A DNA stretch of 35,637 nt from a virus (Duplodnaviria > Caudoviricetes), in IMG/VR virus record IMGVR_UViG_3300017707_000130, positions 1-35,637 of that record; one strand, 5' to 3'. The notes under the pieces were generated by a model. The model searched no databases and had not been told where the DNA came from. It was given only the letters and a program-made list of their open reading frames with translations. Positions 8,668 through 15,993 of the stretch are shown piece by piece. The stretch's first letter is position 1, and each line of letters begins with the position of its first letter. Made by a program: the position numbers and the translations under genes.

Positions 8668-9069
8668 TCACCGCTTCTTTAATGACAAGATCTGATCTCG
8701 GATCATTTGCGCTTGCATGATCTGATCAAGGGTCGCATTTTTCGCTGACGGATCGTTTGTCAGAATGCGGGCTAATATAGATTGCTTGGCCGCGTCCGAA
8801 TCTTTTTCGTACTCCGTGCCTTTGAACATTTTAAGTTGTTCTGGCGTGAGATCAAAGTTGGGCGCTGCGTCTTGTTGCTTCAAATACAACCGTATCGCTT
8901 CGTTTTGCGCTACGGCGCTCAACTCTCTAGGCGAAAGAGTGGAGAACGGGTTCAAGATGATCTTGTTGTCCTCGGTCGCCATACCAGCAACCTCGGGCCT
9001 TTCACGGAAAAATTTGAGTTCGCCCTCATAGGGCTCCCTCATTCCGTAAAAGTCAACCAGAAAGTCCAT
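8668..9069 (-). CDS. Hypothetical protein between terL and portal
   Basis: 133-aa ORF that fills the gap exactly and is visibly more AT-rich than its neighbours. Confidence 0.75.
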   Translation of the reverse strand: MDFLVDFYGMREPYEGELKFFRERPEVAGMATEDNKIILNPFSTLSPRELSAVAQNEAIRLYLKQQDAAPNFDLTPEQLKMFKGTEYEKDSDAAKQSILARILTNDPSAKNATLDQIMQAQMIRDQILSLKKR

Positions 9070-9071
9070 CC

Positions 9072-10331
9072 CTACACTCCACTGATGACATCCAGCGGTT
9101 GCCAGTCATCTTGTTCGTCCTGTTCGAAGTAAGATGTGACCGCAAGCTGGTCTATATATGATAGGGCATCAGGCAAGTCATCGTGAACTCCCTGCGCCGG
9201 GAACATTAGAAGCTGATCCGTGAAGGAGTCCCAGTCTTCTTCGCTGTTTAGCACGATTCTGCCATGCTCAAAGCGTCCTTGCAACGACCAAATGATGCGA
9301 TCCGCCTTCTTTCGGTTCCCGTGCGTCAGGTCAATGATATGCGCGTAGACGTTATTTTTTCGCATCAGATCGCTCAAATACGGCAAAACCGCGTTTTTTA
9401 GCGATCCGCGCTCAATCCCGACAGACAGCGGGCGGTAGTCGCGGATCTTCATCAGGATCTTAGCCGCCGTCTCCCGCACATCCCAGCGCCCGTGCTCGAT
9501 TTCCTTGACGAACCACTTGCCATCCTCCGTCACCTTAACGATCGCAATGGCCGATTCGTCCAATCTCTTCTTGGCGTTGGCCGCTTGCTTGGCCACTTCT
9601 TCGAACCCCGCCAAGTCCACCGCAATGAAGTAGCTGCCGCTGTTCGGTTCTTCTCCGTACTTTAGCCATTCTTCCCGAAAGATGTTTGATCCCGCGTTGT
9701 CGAACGACGCCAGGTACTCCTGTTTGAAGGCAAAACTGGACAAAGTCTTCTTGGCCGACTCAATCTCCGTGGGGTCGATCAGCGGGTTGTCCTTGGTCGT
9801 GAAGTGCCAGCTCTTCCAATCCGCATCATCCTCGGCCTGACCCAGTTTAAAGAGGTCATAGAACCAATTTCTACCCTTAGGCGTTCCGATGAACATCGCC
9901 CGACCCTTCTTGTCCGACAGCGACGCCCGGATCACCTGCTCCCAGGCCTCGGGCTTGATGTCGGCAACCTCGTCCAGAACCGCGAACGTCAGTGACACGC
10001 CCCGCAGCGTGTCGGGCCGGTCAGCACCACGGACGTAGATCCTGGCGCCGTTGATCATCGTGATGTCTAGGTTGTTAACGTGGCTGCTCGTAATCACCTC
10101 GCGCCCGAGATCCAGCAACAAGTCCCAGATAATCTGGCGCGACTGTCCCATCGTGGGACTAACGTAGAGCACCGCCGAGCCGGGCGGGCACTTGAGCGCC
10201 TCGATGATCAGGGCGGTTGCCGCCAAACGGGACTTGCCGCAGCGGCGTCCGGCGGCGATCACCTTGAACCGGGTCGTGGCCTTGAAGACTTCTTGCTGCC
10301 AGGGCAGGAGGCTAAAGTTGAGGTCAGACAT
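9072..10331 (-). CDS. terL: Terminase large subunit
   Basis: Walker A AAGRRCGKS, Walker B AVLDEVAD, GTPKG coupling motif, nuclease VDLA and HDDLPDAL. Confidence 0.96.
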   Translation of the reverse strand: MSDLNFSLLPWQQEVFKATTRFKVIAAGRRCGKSRLAATALIIEALKCPPGSAVLYVSPTMGQSRQIIWDLLLDLGREVITSSHVNNLDITMINGARIYVRGADRPDTLRGVSLTFAVLDEVADIKPEAWEQVIRASLSDKKGRAMFIGTPKGRNWFYDLFKLGQAEDDADWKSWHFTTKDNPLIDPTEIESAKKTLSSFAFKQEYLASFDNAGSNIFREEWLKYGEEPNSGSYFIAVDLAGFEEVAKQAANAKKRLDESAIAIVKVTEDGKWFVKEIEHGRWDVRETAAKILMKIRDYRPLSVGIERGSLKNAVLPYLSDLMRKNNVYAHIIDLTHGNRKKADRIIWSLQGRFEHGRIVLNSEEDWDSFTDQLLMFPAQGVHDDLPDALSYIDQLAVTSYFEQDEQDDWQPLDVISGV

Positions 10332-10656
10332 CCGTCACATCTCCACCAGCTTCAATGATCGTTGGGGTTTCGCCAATGCCGGTGATGTTAATCGTAACGG
10401 CAGAGCGCGTCCCCTTTTCTTTTTCGAACATACTGACTGGCAGCGCACGATCCAGGCACATCTTCAATGCCGCCATCTGACCTGGGTGGTTATCGTTTAG
10501 CGCAATCTGGATTACCTTCTCGGCCACATCCTTTCCGCCAGAGCGGATCATTATCTCCTTTAGCTCCTTAATTCGCTGGTTATCCGTCTTTGGCAGGATC
10601 GACGGGGGGTTAACTGCGTACTGCTGGATCGTCATTGGTTTTTTTTTCGGGATCAC
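10324..10656 (-). CDS. terS: Terminase small subunit
   Basis: Directly upstream of and overlapping terL; helical core (QMAALKMCLDRALP) and C-terminal beta strand (VTINITGI); GTG start with AAGGA RBS. Confidence 0.7.
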   Translation of the reverse strand: MIPKKKPMTIQQYAVNPPSILPKTDNQRIKELKEIMIRSGGKDVAEKVIQIALNDNHPGQMAALKMCLDRALPVSMFEKEKGTRSAVTINITGIGETPTIIEAGGDVTDV

Positions 10657-10752
10657 TTTTTATCCTTTCAGGAAAGTCAATTTTGCTTTTTCAGAGGGGG
10701 GGAGGCACCCACAATTACTCGCGGCCGAGGCGACCCCTCCCCCCCTATCGAG

Positions 10753-10996
10753 TTATCCACAGGTTATCCACAGGTTGTCCACAGAAGGAAGTGTTAATGT
10801 GGATAACTTGTGCACAACGTTCGTAAGTTGTTGATTTCATTAGACACTTACACGAAGCTGACAAAATGAAAGAAATACAACAGCCATTATGTCAAATGAA
10901 ATCACAGTTTCGGGACGGAAAAGTATTACAAATCTGGCTGTCCACAGGGCAATTGTGGACAACTCGGGGTCGGATCTGTGGATAAGCTGTGAACAA
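10753..10996. promoter_or_regulatory. DnaA-box cluster (4 perfect TTATCCACA plus 5 degenerate boxes)
   Basis: Perfect boxes: 10753(+), 10764(+), 10798(-), 10977(-). Degenerate boxes: 10775 TTGTCCACA, 10809 TGTGCACAA, 10938 CTGTCCACA, 10954 TGTGGACAA, 10988 TGTGAACAA. Confidence 0.85.
10824..10836 (-). promoter_or_regulatory. IHF binding site
   Basis: Reverse complement AATCAACAACTTA matches the consensus WATCAANNNNTTR exactly, next to an AT-rich stretch. Confidence 0.7.
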
Positions 10997-11165
10997 CTTA
11001 GCTAGTGAACGCTCACTAACGTTTGATTGAGGGGGGAGAGAGCGGGAGAGAGAGGGGCGGCGGGTGCTTCCCAGGGGTACCTGCTCCACCTCATAATCAA
11101 TTCCACAAATCAAGTTCTCATCTCCGATAGGCATCATCTATTCACCAGTGCCGCAGCAAGGCCGC

Positions 11166-11396
11166 TTACAGGCCATCAGAGGCGTTTTTGTCCTCGTCAT
11201 AGGGGATGGTGAGGGTTGCCCTGTCCAAACGCATCCAAGGCCGTAATCCGAGGTTGTAGAAGTGCCCATAGGCATCAAGCACTTCCTTGAAGCCTTTGCT
11301 CATGTCGCCCTCGCCAGCAGCCTGCAGGATGCGCCTCTCGGCCTCACCAAGCTTGCGCTGGAAGTACGTTGTCCTCGAGTCCGCTGGCCTTCCCAT
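11166..11396 (-). CDS. Small hypothetical protein, possibly DNA-binding
   Basis: 76 aa with GGAG RBS; starts MGRP and has a strand-helix-helix-like pattern. Confidence 0.65.
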   Translation of the reverse strand: MGRPADSRTTYFQRKLGEAERRILQAAGEGDMSKGFKEVLDAYGHFYNLGLRPWMRLDRATLTIPYDEDKNASDGL

Positions 11397-11466
11397 CCCA
11401 ACTCTCCATTCATAAATTCGTATTACCGCCCAAAATCACCTGTTAGCACACGCTAACAAACCCCAA

Positions 11467-11601
11467 TGACCCCAGACGCAGCATGACCCTATGACCCCAA
11501 CCCTAAGGGTTGGGGGTCAGGGAGGGTCAACTTTGCTGCTTTTTTGAGCAACTTTGACCCTGACCAGGGTCATGACCCTAGGGTCATTCAGGGTCAACTT
11601 T
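11467..11601. repeat. TGACCC iteron / nested-palindrome array, candidate replication origin
   Basis: TGACCC at 11467, 11484, 11492, 11555, 11573; GGGTCA at 11514, 11524, 11567, 11581, 11591. Lies immediately downstream of the primase-helicase stop codon. Confidence 0.8.
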
Positions 11602-11625
11602 TCCCACATTCTCTCAAAACCAACA

Positions 11626-13641
11626 TTAAACATTTTTGCGTAACATCAGCGCACTGGCGTTGGCCTCATCCACCATGATCCATCCATGCTCGGTGGCCTC
11701 AATCATCCCAGCCTGGAGCATCGCACCGATCATTTTGTCGTTGTACGACGGGTTGACCATGTTCCTGATGGTGCGCTCGGCGTTGCCGTCAGCTGCCAAT
11801 TTATCCTTGAGCGCTGATCTGGTGAGGTACGGTGCACCGCCCAGATCCTCCGCACCACTGGCCCACCAGGCGTTTTCCCACACCTTCCTAAACCCATCTA
11901 TCTTGGAGTCCTTCTTAGTCGGTGCTGCTGGGGCTTGCGACTCAATAACTACGGCGCTAGTTACCGCCTGATTATCTTCGTCATACCATCCCGGAATAGT
12001 TACCTGCTGCAAATCCAAGAACACCGGCTTTGCAAGTTCCGCATCCTTGGACTTTCTCTGCACCAATTGCATGGGGCTATTTGGCCCGGCGGGGATCACA
12101 CTTATCTCAATATCTAATGCACCGCGCCAAGCGCTTGATCCTCGGGCACGGTGCTGGGCCTCCTCGGATACGCCAGTGTGATGCACCAAGATCACCGAGC
12201 AGCCAAACTCCTGCATGAGATTGCCGCAAGCGTCCAGCATGGTCTTGGCGTCCTGGGCGCTGTTCTCATCGCCAGCTAGGAAGCGGTGCAGGGTATCGAC
12301 CACGATCACCTTCGGGGGGCTGGGCAGCATGCGGATGTGCTCGACCACTTTGAGGTATCCAGCAGGCGTATTTAGATCACAGCCATGCTTGGACAGCCAC
12401 ATGTTGATCGGGCCGGGCTTGTGCTGGTGCTTCCAGGCCGCAATGCGCCCGCGCAGACCGTGGTGACCTTCACCGGCCAGATAGACCACGTTGCCGTGGC
12501 GCACTTTGTTGCCGCACCAGTCTGCTTGTGTATCGGATGCGATACGCAGACACCAATCGAGCACGACGAACGTTTTGCCGCCGCCCGAGGGGCCATGAAC
12601 CATGACGAGAGCGTGGTCTTGGATCCAGCGTTTGACCAGCCACGAGATGGGGCTTGGCTGGGCGGAGAAGTCATCGGCGGGGACTAGCCAATCGTCGGCA
12701 GCGGGTGCGAGAAGACTCGCCAAATCGTTCCCGGCTTGGGCATAATCATTAGCATCGCCAGGTTCTGGAGGCATAACCATGCGCGCGCCAAACTTGGCGC
12801 AGGCCTGTTCGGCGTAGCGCTGGCCAACGCCCGACTTGTCGTTGTCAGCCACGATCACCAGATCCTGCGCTGAACCATAAATCTCCCGCAACTTGCCGGT
12901 GACCGTCACGAGGTTGGACGCACTGTAGGCAATGATCACGGGCCGATCAATCGTTTCATGAATCGTTGCAGCGGTGGCAAAGCCTTCTGCGACGTAGATC
13001 GTGCCCGGTTCGTCCGAGCTACCGAGCTGCCAGAACTTGCCGCCCGTCTGACCTCCAGGGTGATAGAGCTTGCCGCCTTGATGGTCGATGTACTGCAGAC
13101 TCGAAAGCGTCCCATCGGCGTCATACAGGGGCACGACAAGGCGCCCGTCGCCGGTAATGCGTGCGCCATGCACGCCAATGCCCTTGGCCACGAGGTACGG
13201 GTGCTCGGGGCTGGCGGGGTTTGCGTTGGCCCAGATCTGCTCGACCGTCTCGCTGGCCACTTGGTGCTGGCGCTCCAGAGCCGCATCACGCAGGGCTTTG
13301 GCCTCAGCCAGGCGCTTGGCATTGGCCATCTCCTCGGTGTGGGTGAGCTTTCGCCCGACCTCTGCACGCCAAGTGACCTCAATGCCCGAGCGCCAGCAGC
13401 CAAAGCGCCCAGCGGGAATGCCATCACCGAAGACCAGATACCAGCCCGGTTTATCGCCATGACCGGGCGAGCCTTTGGTGCCGGACTTGAAGCGGTGAAT
13501 CTTGCCGTCCAGATGCACCTCATCGGGCGGCTCAAGACCCGCTGCGCGAATGGCGTCGATCAGTTGAACGTCAGGAGGAGCGATCTGCCGCTGTGGCGTG
13601 GGTGACCACGGGCCACCTAGGATGTTGGAGAGGTCAGCCAA
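11626..13641 (-). CDS. Primase-helicase (TOPRIM plus RepA/AAA_25-type helicase)
   Basis: TOPRIM VAEGFATA...ADND...DAND; Walker A GPSGGGKT; YLAGEG; Walker B IVVDTL; LVHH.G and RGSSA motifs; TTG start. Confidence 0.93.
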   Translation of the reverse strand: MADLSNILGGPWSPTPQRQIAPPDVQLIDAIRAAGLEPPDEVHLDGKIHRFKSGTKGSPGHGDKPGWYLVFGDGIPAGRFGCWRSGIEVTWRAEVGRKLTHTEEMANAKRLAEAKALRDAALERQHQVASETVEQIWANANPASPEHPYLVAKGIGVHGARITGDGRLVVPLYDADGTLSSLQYIDHQGGKLYHPGGQTGGKFWQLGSSDEPGTIYVAEGFATAATIHETIDRPVIIAYSASNLVTVTGKLREIYGSAQDLVIVADNDKSGVGQRYAEQACAKFGARMVMPPEPGDANDYAQAGNDLASLLAPAADDWLVPADDFSAQPSPISWLVKRWIQDHALVMVHGPSGGGKTFVVLDWCLRIASDTQADWCGNKVRHGNVVYLAGEGHHGLRGRIAAWKHQHKPGPINMWLSKHGCDLNTPAGYLKVVEHIRMLPSPPKVIVVDTLHRFLAGDENSAQDAKTMLDACGNLMQEFGCSVILVHHTGVSEEAQHRARGSSAWRGALDIEISVIPAGPNSPMQLVQRKSKDAELAKPVFLDLQQVTIPGWYDEDNQAVTSAVVIESQAPAAPTKKDSKIDGFRKVWENAWWASGAEDLGGAPYLTRSALKDKLAADGNAERTIRNMVNPSYNDKMIGAMLQAGMIEATEHGWIMVDEANASALMLRKNV

Positions 13642-13644
13642 TTT

Positions 13645-14439
13645 TTAGTCTCCACAGAAGCATTCGATGCTGCCTGCGTTGTTGAACATGTCAGCTTGTT
13701 TGTTGATGAAGTGCCGCATTTGGCTGTAGCTTGGGCGGTCAGAGCGGAAAGTCGCGCCAATGGCGTCTTCCTGCTTGGCCCACCAAATGGCGCGGTCTGG
13801 ATTGTCTTTGATCAGCCCCATGATCTGCTCTGGGCCTTTGAGGAAGCACAGGTCGCAGTTGCCTTGCGCGGTCACTCCGTCACGGAAGGTCAGATTCAGA
13901 TCAAAGGGCTGCGCCTTCCAAAACGTCTGCACATCGTGCTGCGTAACGCCAGCGTCCGCAAGGGGAACGCGAAGATCTCTAGCCCGCAGTTTAGGCAAGC
14001 GCCGAGGCTCGTCTGCACGCACGCCGACCATCGTCTCAGCGTCCTCCAGCCCTAGCTGCTTGAGGTGGCGGTTGATGGCCTTTACCTTGAGTTCTTCAGT
14101 GCAGAACCGGGCCACGGGGTTGGGCAGGTAGTTTTTCTTGGTGATCAGTGCCTCAAACGGCTCGCCGTCTCGGCTGGCGCTCTGGAAGTTGACCACACGA
14201 TAGCGTGGTTCGTCTTGCTGGTACTCCAACCAAGTGATAGGCACGCCCCACTGCTCACCACAGTCATGCACGAATTGCAGCGTGGCCTCGTCTTCCTTGC
14301 CAGTGTTGGCAAAGCAGACTTTGGCCTCTTCAGGCAACCCGCCATTGGCCTGCAACACTCGCCACAGCATGTAAGCGCTGGTGCGCCCACCGCTGAAACT
14401 GATGCAGGTTGGGCTGTCGATCTTGAATGGGTCAGCCAT
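13645..14439 (-). CDS. PAPS-reductase-family (PP-loop) protein
   Basis: SFSGGRTS PP-loop, FANTGKE, RFCT.ELK, GVRADE.RR, GNCDLCFLK and terminal CFC. Start at ATG 14439 with GGAG RBS. Confidence 0.88.
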   Translation of the reverse strand: MADPFKIDSPTCISFSGGRTSAYMLWRVLQANGGLPEEAKVCFANTGKEDEATLQFVHDCGEQWGVPITWLEYQQDEPRYRVVNFQSASRDGEPFEALITKKNYLPNPVARFCTEELKVKAINRHLKQLGLEDAETMVGVRADEPRRLPKLRARDLRVPLADAGVTQHDVQTFWKAQPFDLNLTFRDGVTAQGNCDLCFLKGPEQIMGLIKDNPDRAIWWAKQEDAIGATFRSDRPSYSQMRHFINKQADMFNNAGSIECFCGD

Positions 14440-14611
14440 TGACCGACTCCCGATCTGCCCTAAGCACGCCATCGGTCTTGACCTCCAGCTCATACTGGCG
14501 AGACATCGGGGGCCGCTCTCCCCAAGCGTAGATCACCTGGGGCCACACTCCTAATGCATCCGCTAATTTCTTCGTGCCGCCGTAGTAGGCGACCGCTTCT
14601 TCAGTCTTCAT
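14432..14611 (-). CDS. Cro-like HTH regulator (59 aa)
   Basis: MKTEEAVAYYGGTKKLADALGVWPQVIYAWGERPP..RQYELE is a typical Cro/YdaS-like pattern. ATG at 14611 with AAGGA RBS. Confidence 0.85.
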   Translation of the reverse strand: MKTEEAVAYYGGTKKLADALGVWPQVIYAWGERPPMSRQYELEVKTDGVLRADRESVNG

Positions 14612-14640
14612 TTCTGTCCTTCTGGATTTTTTTTCATGCG

Positions 14641-14681
14641 GTGTTGACATCGTACCGCGAAATCGACTAGAGTTGCAACAC
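14641..14681. promoter_or_regulatory. Overlapping divergent sigma70-like promoters
   Basis: Plus strand: TTGACA(14644)-18 nt-TAGAGT(14668). Minus strand: TTGCAA(14678)-18 nt-TACGAT. Located at the point where transcription diverges. Confidence 0.65.
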
Positions 14682-14727
14682 ACCTCGAACTGATTTCCAG
14701 AAGGAGGTGCAAAAACAGGAGTGCCGC

Positions 14728-15405
14728 ATGGCAATCAATCTGAAGACCACTGGCAGTCTATCTGCCAACGGCGTCAAGCTGCTCGTTTACGGGCAAGCCG
14801 GTGCCGGTAAGACCAGCCTCATCAAAACGCTGCCCAACCCCATCGTGCTCTCGGCCGAGGGTGGCCTGCTGTCCATTCAGGACGCAGACATTCCCTACAT
14901 CGAGATCGCTTCGATGGATGATCTGCGTGAGGCTTTTAGCTGGTGCAAAGACAGCGCCGAGGCTGGGCAGTTCAAGTCCGTGGCGCTGGACAGTATCAGC
15001 GAGGTGGCTGAGGTCGTCCTCAATCACGAGATGAAGAAGAACAAGGACGGCCGCGCAGCGTATGGTGAGATGAACACCACGATGCAAGAGCTGATCCGCG
15101 CCTTCCGCGATCTTCCGGGCAAGCACGTTTACATGAGCGCCAAGCTGGAGAAGTCGCAAGACGAGATGGGCAAGATGCTCTACAACCCCGGAATGCCGGG
15201 CAAGAGCCTGACCCAAGGCCTGCCGTATTTCTTCGACGAGGTGCTGGCCCTGCGCGTAGAGCGCGATGCCGAGGGCGTGACCCAGCGGGCCATCATGTGC
15301 GACAGCGACGGGCTGTGGCTGGCAAAGGATCGCTCGGGAAAGCTCTCCGCTTGGGAAGCGCCTGATCTGGGTGCGATCATTCAGAAAATTGGGGACAGAG
15401 CATGA
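14728..15405 (+). CDS. AAA ATPase (AAA_24 / Sak4-like recombination protein)
   Basis: YGQAGAGKT Walker A, VALDSISE Walker B, AKDRSG. ATG at 14728 with AGGAG RBS. Confidence 0.88.
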   Translation: MAINLKTTGSLSANGVKLLVYGQAGAGKTSLIKTLPNPIVLSAEGGLLSIQDADIPYIEIASMDDLREAFSWCKDSAEAGQFKSVALDSISEVAEVVLNHEMKKNKDGRAAYGEMNTTMQELIRAFRDLPGKHVYMSAKLEKSQDEMGKMLYNPGMPGKSLTQGLPYFFDEVLALRVERDAEGVTQRAIMCDSDGLWLAKDRSGKLSAWEAPDLGAIIQKIGDRA

Positions 15406-15608
15406 GCGCAGAACTAAAAACGGGTGGCCCGGCGTTCCCCGGAGCGTTGGATAGGCATCACAGCGAGGGCATGACCTTGCGCGATTACTTTGCTGCCAAG
15501 GCGTTGCAGGGAATCATCGCAACAAATTCTCACTTTGTAAAAGACGCGGAGGCTTTGGCGAGCAAGGCTTACGAGTTCGCCGACGCCATGCTGGAGCTTC
15601 GCAAATGA
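15402..15608 (+). CDS. Small phage protein with GMTLRDYFAAKA motif
   Basis: GGPAFP...GMTLRDYFAAKALQG...AYEFADAML motif common in proteobacterial phages; ATGA-coupled on both sides. Confidence 0.85.
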   Translation: MSAELKTGGPAFPGALDRHHSEGMTLRDYFAAKALQGIIATNSHFVKDAEALASKAYEFADAMLELRK

Positions 15609-15991
15609 CCGACCTCAAAGAACTAAGCACCGACTGGCTGCGATGGAAGACCTCCGAGGAGGAGGCTGTCGTAGAGCGCCGCAAGATCGAAGACCAGATC
15701 GTCAAGATGCTGGGCTTGCCCGAGGCGTTTGAGTCCACCGAGACAGCCGAGCCTACGGGCTTCGTGGTCAAGATCCAAGGCCGCATCGATCGCAAGGTCG
15801 ATTCCATCAAGCTGCAAGAGCTGGCCGCTGAGATGGGCCTCTCGGATCACCTCCCCAATCTGTTCAGGTGGAAGCCTGAAATCAACATGTCAGCCTGGAA
15901 GCAGGCCGACGAATCAATCACTCGCCCTCTGGCTGGTGCAATCACGGTCAAACCGGGCCGTCCGTCTTTCAAAATCACTGTTAAGGAGTAA
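15605..15991 (+). CDS. Hypothetical replication-module protein
   Basis: 128 aa with FRWKPEI and KPGRPSF motifs, between the AAA ATPase and the SSB-like gene. Confidence 0.8.
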   Translation: MTDLKELSTDWLRWKTSEEEAVVERRKIEDQIVKMLGLPEAFESTETAEPTGFVVKIQGRIDRKVDSIKLQELAAEMGLSDHLPNLFRWKPEINMSAWKQADESITRPLAGAITVKPGRPSFKITVKE

Positions 15992-15993
15992 TC

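Noticed and set aside
6460-8682. 740-aa plus-strand ORF antisense to the portal
   Set aside because: Codon-register shadow of a GC3-rich gene; no motifs, and it opposes the operon direction.
10639-10647. A9 run at the start of terS as a frameshift or phase-variation site
   Set aside because: It simply encodes KKK in frame; no useful alternative frame was seen, and an in-frame ATG follows.
10635-11212. Short ORFs 10635..10826, 10892..11137 and 11027..11212
   Set aside because: They run through DnaA boxes and G-tracts and lack protein-like composition; the region is better explained as cis-regulatory DNA.
10753-11601. Repeat clusters considered as a CRISPR or mini-CRISPR array, given the Cas4-like gene
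   Set aside because: Repeats are 6-11 bp in mixed orientation with no 25-40-bp repeat/spacer periodicity. Stand-alone Cas4-like nucleases are common in phage recombination modules.
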